Shown here piece after piece: positions 55,142 to 64,000 of a stretch of 64,000 nucleotides of DNA. A model generated the notes under the pieces. The model was not told the origin of the DNA. It saw nothing but the letters and a program-made list of their open reading frames with translations, and made no database searches. The stretch is from Bigelowiella natans CCMP2755 (taxonomy: Eukaryota > Protista > Cercozoa): contig ADNK01003064.1 of the NCBI GenBank assembly GCA_000320545.1, forward strand, positions 16,986-80,985, given 5' to 3'. A program made the translations under genes and the position numbers. The first letter of the stretch is position 1. Each line of letters opens with the position of its first letter.

Positions 55142-55330
55142 GTACCACAGCATCGCAGAGCAGCAGCTGCAGCAGCAGTTCCAACAGCAGTCCCCAGTTA
55201 CTACCCGTAATTCCCCAAACTGACGATTACGACCCACTTACGACACATCAACGGTCGACGACGACATGGCACCGTTACCTTTTTGGCGCCAAAATCCTGA
55301 GGGTTTATCATCAAATGGAATTGTAACATC
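50550..55330 (-). CDS. Hypothetical polytopic membrane protein (many small hydrophobic exons, Ser/Arg-rich tail); boundaries approximate
   Basis: AG/GT-bounded hydrophobic exons: KKMWITWTVLYG/VVGMGMIAQNI../PKLLIRVLNLWGLACSIRVV/..ILMELLWHSVW/LCGCFALTYFIL, VWLIIFIVISTIDG, CTIIMLICAASIYMFL, IYCVIYVILIGLGM/YSMLLLALGILHMLY. Family not identified. Confidence 0.55.
54027..54180. repeat. ~53-bp direct repeat pair in an intron
   Basis: caccattaaaaagtatatgaa(a/g)tata(a/g)tgatt(t/c)tcatttccataaaaaaaa at 54027 and 54129. Confidence 0.88.
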
Positions 55331-56379
55331 TGAGGAAAGAACATGATACTAACAAAGAATTCAATGGCGCTTAGTCATTATCGCCCCCGTATTTAGTTAT
55401 TTTTAATAAAATCCTGTACTTTCTTATAGCTTAATAATGATAAAAAAATTTCTGGAACAACATCTCATCATGAGTCCTTCATACTAATAACTCCTGCAGG
55501 GGTGGGGGACACAAAACAATCCACATTTGGTTGTGGGGTAGAGCAATACAACCAGTCAACGCCTATGCTATCATCGCCCCCTCAACCTTAAATATTCGAG
55601 AAATACTGATGTCCTATTCGAAGATCACCGCCAATTAAAGCAGAGCAAGGTGGAAGGAGATATGAACAGGCGGGGGCAGCTTTATTTTGTTCGATTGCCA
55701 AAAGATGATGCAATGTTTGTGATGGTATGAGCTGATAAATTGACAATCTCTCATTTTATCCTTCTTTCAGCCATAAATGGGTCGAAGCCGGCATGAAATG
55801 TGCAAGCAGAACAAGGGGCTGAAATCACGCCGTTCTCGTGCAAAATGTCGAACAAAGGGGTACAGATTCATTTGATGATTGATTTACTGTGTGGAAAAAT
55901 AATATCGGGAAGGTTTTGACTTCGTTTTTCAATGTGGGACTGTTCGTTGTAGAACATTTGATACACTGAATCATTCACGTTCACAGAATGCTTCTATTTT
56001 GATATTCTTAGACTGATACCGTCCGGGAGAAGAAATAGCAAAACAAATGAGGGATATAAGCGGAAGTTACTCAATAGTATCAAAATAGATGAAGCAAATT
56101 CTAGCAAGGTCGTTCAGACATGTTATTAGGATATATTCTATGCATACACCCTGCCCTCGCATAGTTGCACACTCTTCCACCGGCGCGAGCCACTGTAATT
56201 GTTGTTATGCGTATCATTTTTTTAATAATCTTCGCCATACATCAATTTTAGGTTGCGATTGTTTTGAGGAAATTAGATGGTAAGAAAGAAATTGATATAA
56301 AATCTCTAGTCTTAACTGCATAGTACCAGCACCTATAATACAACTGAAATAAATCACAGGTGTCTTAGTTGCGGACCAG

Positions 56380-56459
56380 ATGTCTTCGTTGAGTATCTCT
56401 GCTGATACACCTTCAAATCAACCATCGTCATCGCGTAACGCTGCTACTTACACGGTAGT

Positions 56460-56513
<54 letters not shown>

Positions 56514-57776
56514 TCTCCCCTGCCAGACGGAAAACCTACAAACGAAATCTGAGAAGAAAGAAAACTAATAAATAATACTGCTAACATTTGTAATAGTGTC
56601 GACTCGTGTTGGTTTGGGAGTGTAAACTGCTGCTGGCTGTGCTAACTATTGTAGTAGCGGACTATGATTCATAATTATTTTAGCTCTTTTTCTGTTTGTA
56701 CAGACTAATGTTTATATATTTCCACATAGCCGCCTAATACCTCCTGGAATGACTTAAGGTAGCTCGTAGTCCATTAACGTTGCTTTTCTTTTAGTTTTCT
56801 TCGATGATATGATTTCTTAATTAGATACTTCCACTACTCAAGTTAGATCCGTCGCATCTTACCACTCGTCATATAGTAATTAAGGACAAACTGTCTGTTG
56901 TCTTACACATATTTCGTATATTTTTGTAAGTTGGTGACATGTATTTATCATCATGTAATTATCATCTTTCCAATCATCATCATTATCATCATCGATCATT
57001 GATGCTATAGGTCTCCTCTTGCTCCTGGCCGAATTACATTCTTCCCTCTTATAGTGGATCGGGACGAAGAAAGCGTTAGTAGCAATCAAAGAGTTGTTGG
57101 CAGCAACACCAACAGTAGTTTTGATAGGGCTACAAGCACTATGAAGGGGAGCAATATTGATAACAATAACCATAATAATAATAATAATAATAACAATAAC
57201 AATAATAGAAGAAGCAGCGAAAGAAGCAAAAGCTTTTCAAGTTTTCCGTCGTCGAGCAGCATCGGGCAGAAGACAGAATATTCCAGTAGCAGTAGTCGTG
57301 ATACCAGCTTCCATAGTAGTAGTAGTACCTCGAGAATCAAAACCAGAAACTCGCTTCCTCCTTCAATGTCATCCTTGTTTCAAGCACGATCACAACGAAG
57401 AAATAGGCCAAATAGTGAAGGGGGGAGAGACGCAAACGGAGAAAAAGTGGCCAAAATAACTCGTCTAGGATTAAAACGCTCACAATCTACAGGCACATAT
57501 GATCTCCAGCATCATCTTTTCTTTAACAGGTAGTACAAATTAGGTGACAATAATGGATAGGTCAAGTGTTGTTTGCATGCATCATCAATGGGATGTTTTG
57601 CTATCTCTGAAAGTTACTTACAATATATTCGGTATAACATTTCATGTTGTCTGTTCTGTAGGAGCATAAAGACGCAAGAGCTCACTGATTCTGATACTAA
57701 AGCAGCCCCCCCTTATGGTCCGACTAATGATGATGGTGGTGGTAGCAGAGAAGTGGCAGATGAAAAATGGAGATGA
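56380..57776 (+). CDS. Hypothetical Ser/Asn-rich low-complexity protein, 4 exons
   Basis: Phase-consistent GT-AG splicing: MSSLSI...ATYT/PPNTSWNDLR/SPLAPGRITFFPLIVDRDEES...FFNR/SIKTQ...KWR*. Confidence 0.55.
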
Positions 57777-58477
57777 GGACTTCATGTACAACGAGTGAAC
57801 CATAATATTCGTATTGACACAATTTGCACAATAATGAGGAATCGGTCAAGGTTATTACACAATGTGCATATTGCCGCCACAGTCTGCATTTTCACATGTG
57901 GACCCTCGATGAGTGATAGCGGCTAAGTTGCAATCCCATTTCTAGTTCATTTACCAATCCAGTGCATACGTAGCTGCTACTTTTAGACATGGGGTGTGTT
58001 GATACATGTTATGCAACATCTACATCAATTTATTAGATGTACCTTTTCAATCTACATTATGCATGTACTAACTAGGCAGCGCATGTTGATACATCATCGC
58101 GGATACGTACGACGTCTGATCAATGTGCATCTCATGAGATGCGACTACAACGTGTACAATATACATAGTCGCAATATTTTAGGCTATCATGTGCACAGTT
58201 TGCCAGCGACACACATGCACATAAGCTCGCTACTGTACCACTAAATAATAAGTCTCACGTTGTCATGCACTAGCTCACGAAGCGTGCATGCTAGATGCTA
58301 GAATGAATCACACATTCCGTCAAATCCGAGATAATATTGCGCCACGCACATTTTATTCACTAATTTCATGGCCGACCGCGACTATTATTATTTTAACATG
58401 ATGCCCTGATAATTTTTTATCAACAATACCAAGTGCGCCATTATCATCATCATCATCATCATCATTCCCATCACAAT

Positions 58478-59407
58478 CTATCTTCGTCTACTCTCCTTCC
58501 TTGAAAGCTCAGCTTTTAACATCTCATTTTCCTTCAACAGCTCCGCATGTTTGAATTTCAAATCCTCAATCTGAAACGCGGTGGAAAATTAACTTTGCAT
58601 AATGGGTAACTAGACAGTAGTATTAATGTGATGTGAATATCCTAATTATTTTTAAAAAATCGAATACCTCATCGAAGAACTCGTGGTCGAACGCACTGAG
58701 CTCCTCCATCAATAACCTGTTGTTTCGTTTAAATTATCATTCCATATTCAATTGATACAACATCTCTGTTTATATTAGAGTGTAGTATCATTTACTAGAG
58801 TTACACGATCTTTGATAACCTCACCTATTCTTTTCGGAAAGCTGCGTATTTTCTGCGGATAGATTCTGGTTTTTGGTTCTAAGAATCTTTAGCTCAGCCT
58901 ACCAAGCAAAATTAGCAAGATGAAAACAAGATGAAAACAAGACAGGCCACTTTCTTCTTCTCTTTAATGGAAGGATGATCCTTTTTCTTTATCTTACTTC
59001 ATTGACGGTTGGTAGTGCTTGTGACTTGTCTAATCGAGACGAGCGACCTAACGTATTTTGGGAAGAGAGGAGGAGGAGCGGTAGTGGTAGTAGTATTTGA
59101 CGACGAGGAGAATAAGCTACCAATCAACCAAATACACAGTACATGAATATACATATGTTGGCATAAATTTGTACACAGTTCAGCACATGATATTTAAATC
59201 AATGCATGAAATTGCGAAAAATATATCTCTTTTAATAAATCGACTGGAAAACAGTCCTTCTGCGCCATGAATAGGCTACCACTAGTGGTGAAAATCAAGA
59301 AGGTACCCATGGATTGTTGAATAGCAGACTTATCATTGGCCTTTCTAATTGTTGTCCCCATCCTTTTCGCCGCTTTTAATCTTGCCTGCAAAATACAAAT
59401 AGAAATC

Positions 59408-59448
<41 letters not shown>

Positions 59449-60206
59449 CGAGCCTTATCTCGTTCTCAGTCTCTTTGTTCTTATCCGTTGTTACAGGTAG
59501 CATACCTCCTCTAGTTTCGCAGTAAGCTGATGGATCTCGTCATCCTAAGCAAGTTCATTTAATGATAGTACAGATGATAAATTATGATTAAAATCCCAAC
59601 ATTACAATGGTTGGTTCGAATGAAGCGGTACCTTTCTGTTTAATTCTTCCTTGTGCTGCCTTGTCCTATGGTTATTTAATGACACAGAGCCCATATTTTG
59701 AAATATGTTTCATGATGATCGATTGCAGTTTGAACTACTAGTTCTATGTGTTGCTGCCTTTCCGCTATTATTAAGATTACTTAATTGTGCGCAGTTGTAA
59801 CATAATGTCACAAGCTAGATTAGTGTACTACTCACCGCGATTGCAAGCCAAGAAGCTGTTTTTGGGTCTTTTTGTACATTTCGCCTTAAATAAATACAAA
59901 ATAGATGAAGTAAATATCACCTATTGTTTCTCTCAGCTGGTGTTGCTTTTTTATGATGCTATGCTACTGTGTGTCTGTGCATCTACTGACCATATCGCTT
60001 GCTGTGTGCCGCTCCTTTTTTCGATGCCTGGTTGAAAGGGGGGGAGGGAGACGATGAGTTATGGCCGCAATAAGAAGATGGATTATTTGAAGAAAGTCGA
60101 TAACAATATCTGTAAAGATGACATCATATCACCAACGCTTAACAATAAACCCAACCATCAACTATGCTACTGACGGGGTGAATTGCTACGACCCTTCCCC
60201 TCATAC

Positions 60207-60242
<36 letters not shown>

Positions 60243-62034
60243 TACTACTACTACTACTACTGTTACTACTCCGTATATGGCGAACAGGCACATAATGAAC
60301 AGCCGCAATACCACCTCTTGTAATTGTTTAGACATTTTTTCACAGTTTTCTTGCAGCTTTGAGATCTGTTGTTTGAGAATCATCATCATCATCGTCATCA
60401 TCATTACCATGGTGATAAGAGCATGATGCAACAGATATAATACTACTTCTGCAGGTTACAACAAGGACTCTTTTGCTTGACAGAAGGAGGGGCAATTAAG
60501 TGGTAAGATAATTGATATTCTACTCGTTTGCTGCCTTGTCTACATTGCAAAGCTGTAACACATGCATGCTGCTAGTATGGGAAGAAGATAAATAAAACAC
60601 AAACACAAACAACTACCACTACATATCACTTATTGCCTGGATGGATTTAGTAAATACCTGTTCTTCTGCTGAACGTAGCTTTGCCTTCATTCTCAGGAAG
60701 TTCTCCTATTCAAATATATGTTGTTGTACGATGAATCACCCTTGTGGATTGGTCTAGTTTGAGCTATTTTGTTGTTATTGCCATGCTTATCAATCGATTA
60801 TGGACGCAGTAGTCAAAGAACAACCTGCTCCTTTTTGGCAATTTTACGGGATTGTTTGTGAAGGTCTTGAAGCCTGAGCGGTGATATTGTTGATATTATT
60901 TGATATCATTACGGTTATGATTATTATTACTATTGTTATTTTAATGATAATCGTTATCAATAAAATGTGAATTAGTACGAGATCCAAAGGATAACGATAT
61001 AAAGCATCATCCATCCATCATCTTCACTACTACCACCACCACTACCTTCGCATTTCCGCTTGTGTTTTTGCATCACCAGTTGTTTCAGCCTTTGGTGTGT
61101 AGTAATAATATGCATTGTAATACGAAGAAAATCGTGGAACGGTAGTTATTTCATTGCACAACAATTTCACTTAACAAACTCATCATCTATTTTCGGTGCA
61201 TGTACATGATATAGACATATTCACAAATTTACTACCGCAACAACAAATATACCTGCTGTTTTGCTTTGATTAGCGCAACGTTCTTTTTCTTCAACTGCTT
61301 ATTGTCTCTTTGCAGGCTTTAGAATGGTTATCATCAGAATCGTATCACACACAAAAGTACAAAGTACAAAGCACAAACATGTTGTTATCTGGATGATTGT
61401 GCTACAAAAAATAAAGCACTGTTTTAAATAGGTTCAGATGTTATATAGCCTTTCAAGAAACAATAGCAGCATTATAATACCCACTGAGTTCTTTCCCCCT
61501 TCCACTATCCTTCTCCCTTAACACTTCCATGATTGACTTGGTGATAATATTTACTCATCCTTCTCTCGTTTGTGGGAATCAACATCGATGTATCAAGCAA
61601 CAACGCAGCAGGGCTTACTCTAGATATTTCTGTGTGCGAAAGCTGTTCTTTTCTAGCATAAGGTTCTCCGCTTGAAGCCGGCTCACAACCTAATTTGTGA
61701 TAATAACAATAATGAGATCATTTAGAGCAACGTCGTTACGTGTAAATAAGTACACATTAGTGATCATTATATGTAAGACATTGCTGCATTTGAATTATAA
61801 AATGTCGAATAAGGAATGGTTATTGTCCGTCTATGTTACAGCATAACTAAATGTTATTGTTTGTCTCTTCTTCTTCTTCTTTCCAAACTCCTTCCTACTA
61901 TTCTCTACACAATTGTCGTCAACAAGAGATATATCCACAAAAAGAAGAATAAATCACTAATACCCTCCTCAAAGCATCAATAACCCGTTGCATCCCCTTC
62001 TCCTTTCCCCCTCCTTGAAGCAAACTGCTGCCTG

Positions 62035-62065
<31 letters not shown>

Positions 62066-63088
62066 AATAATGATAACGAATATATCAAGACATATACACT
62101 TCACTTCTAGTGCTGCTGCTTTTGCAGCTCTCATATCACTCTTTTTGGTATGATTACTATTTAACACGTGAGGGCTAACTTCCTCCCCTCATTCCAACAT
62201 ATGTAGCATACTAGTACTGTATGTAACTAGCAGTATTCTCCATTGATCGTCCATCCCCTCCCCGGCCTTGCTTATATCTTCTAAGCAAACTCTTCCTCAT
62301 TCTCCGCCTGCTCCTGATACCCCCCTCCCCCCCTCTCTAACCTTTTCCTATCCCAGATGTTGATGATGTTGCCTGGTGAAATATATATATAAATGTTTAT
62401 GATAGGATGGAGGATTAGTGGGAGAAGGGGGGGGCGGGGGGAGGGGGAGAGAAAACTAACACATACGGATATCTAATTGGTTTTGCCTTTGGTCTCTATT
62501 CACGGTATGTGGAAATGGAAAAACATGAAGGATGTGGGGGGGGGGAGAGCAATCTAAGAAGACATCGTAGGAGATAGAGGAAGAAGAGGAAAGGAGACGG
62601 GGCATGTATTCTCAATGTTTCCCTGCATGATGTGAGATTGTCGATCAATCACTAGATATTTACGGAAGAAACACTTCATTCGTTAGATTCTTTACCTTTC
62701 CTACTGCTTGAGCAGCTGCTGCCTTTGCTAAGCCTTTGTACGTCTCAACCTATAAAATAAGAATATAGATAAGATTATGTACTCCCAGTTTGATGTAGTG
62801 TGTGCGGCTTAGTGTGTATGTGTATGTGTATATGTATGTGTATGTGTGTGTGTGTGATTGTAATATGTAGGTGAAGGTATCATCATTTAGGCGCTGTTGT
62901 TGTTACTATTGCTATTGTTGTTGTTCTTCGTCTACTAGGAGGTAGTGGGGATTCCTAATTCAACAGCTTACTACCTCTTCTTGCAGTTCTTTCATTCGAA
63001 ACTTCAGTCTCTCACACTCCGCAGATCTAATGAAATGTGTTTCTGTTTAACCTCTCCTTTTCCCCCCACTTTTTCTCCCTCCCCCCCC

Positions 63089-63132
<44 letters not shown>

Positions 63133-64000
63133 ATGGGTAGCATTATAGCATCCAACATAATAATCTTACCGCTGCTCCTGCAAGAAAGAGAGCTCAATTC
63201 TGCGACAAAGAACACAGAAACATTGCGGAGACAACCAGCAATAGGAATAAAGATATATCTTAATCAATAAATTTCGGATATGTTAGTTGTTATGATATAG
63301 AGTGATGTGATGAGTAAACAACTCACTTAGCGTTCTGGAGTTCCAAGTTTAGACTCAGAAAGTCTCCTTTCTCCCCCAAAGCCTGTGAGCAAAGGTATCC
63401 ATTCATTCATTCATTCATTCATTTATCGTTGTTTGTTCGTCGTAGTAGCAGTGTTGTATTCCCATACTTCTTCTGATAATTCCATACTACTATTGCCTCG
63501 CTAACTACTACTTCATCTGAGGTTAGAGCTTCGAGCTTCTTCTTTAGAGTCTCAATTTCAGCCTAAGTGATGTTGATTTACGAGAGAGAGAGAGAGAGAT
63601 CCCCATGAGGGCTATACTTTTTGACTGGATGTTCCAAGTTTGTGCTGAGTTTGAAAATCATATGGATACAACCCTTTTTAGCTGTTAGCCTTGTAGATCA
63701 AGTCTTAAACAAATTTTCCATCCCCGAAAATGAAACTGCCAACTTGTGGGCATTACCGGGCATTCTGGTTGCTTCCAAAACTTCTTGAAACCCAGTTTCC
63801 GATTTAAACGAATTACTTTTTTTATGCGACGATCTCTACACTCACGATGAACTATTGGAGATGGATATGGACTTATTGTCCATACTTAATTTCTCTCCAG
63901 ACGCAGTCACGGTTATACATATCTTCATTTATGATGAGGAATGCGGAATTGAAAAAGACGAGGGGGAAATTTGGTGGTTATATGGGAATTACTGGGCTGA
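58478..64000 (-). CDS. CEP290: CEP290 (ciliary transition-zone coiled-coil protein), C-terminal portion; 5' part lies outside the window
   Basis: The last exons encode LMEELSAFDHEFFDE/IEDLKFKHAELLKEN, matching the conserved CEP290 C-terminal motif (ELxxFDxxFFEEIEDLK). Upstream MQRVIDALRR/VVSRLQAEN also fits CEP290, and other exons are coiled-coil. Confidence 0.82.

Noticed and set aside
63171-63178. 8-nt micro-exon candidate (cag|GAGCAGCG|gtaaga) in CEP290
   Set aside because: Inclusion would shift the frame; the flanking exons join in phase without it.

Overview
Gene-dense, intron-rich eukaryotic nuclear DNA. The host is probably a protist with a complex plastid (chlorarachniophyte-like), inferred from a bipartite targeting leader on AsnRS plus a CEP290 ciliary gene. 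Most ORFs in the supplied track are microsatellite or intron artefacts. By splicing GT-AG exons by hand I recover about 14 genes: hypothetical(-), ZIP9-like Zn transporter(+), SMYD/ATXR2-like SET protein(+), organellar AsnRS(-), intronless secreted Kelch protein(+), ABCG half-transporter(-), PiT phosphate transporter(+), fatty-acid-desaturase-family protein(-), aldo-keto reductase(+), hypothetical(-), CMC2-like twin CX9C protein(+), polytopic membrane protein(-), Ser/Asn-rich hypothetical(+) and the 3' part of CEP290(-). The most unusual signal is non-coding. Genes alternate strand almost perfectly, and the DNA downstream of gene 3' ends is microsatellite-poor and rich in TG/CA and CTAG. In the extreme case (7191-7985) about 800 bp contain only two TpA dinucleotides, both inside CTAG. 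This suggests a context-specific TpA->CpA/TpG mutational or base-modification process aimed at transcription-termination zones (inference). Introns also show polarised, often self-complementary microsatellites, weak splice consensus, and tandem duplications that copy splice sites. All counts are by eye.
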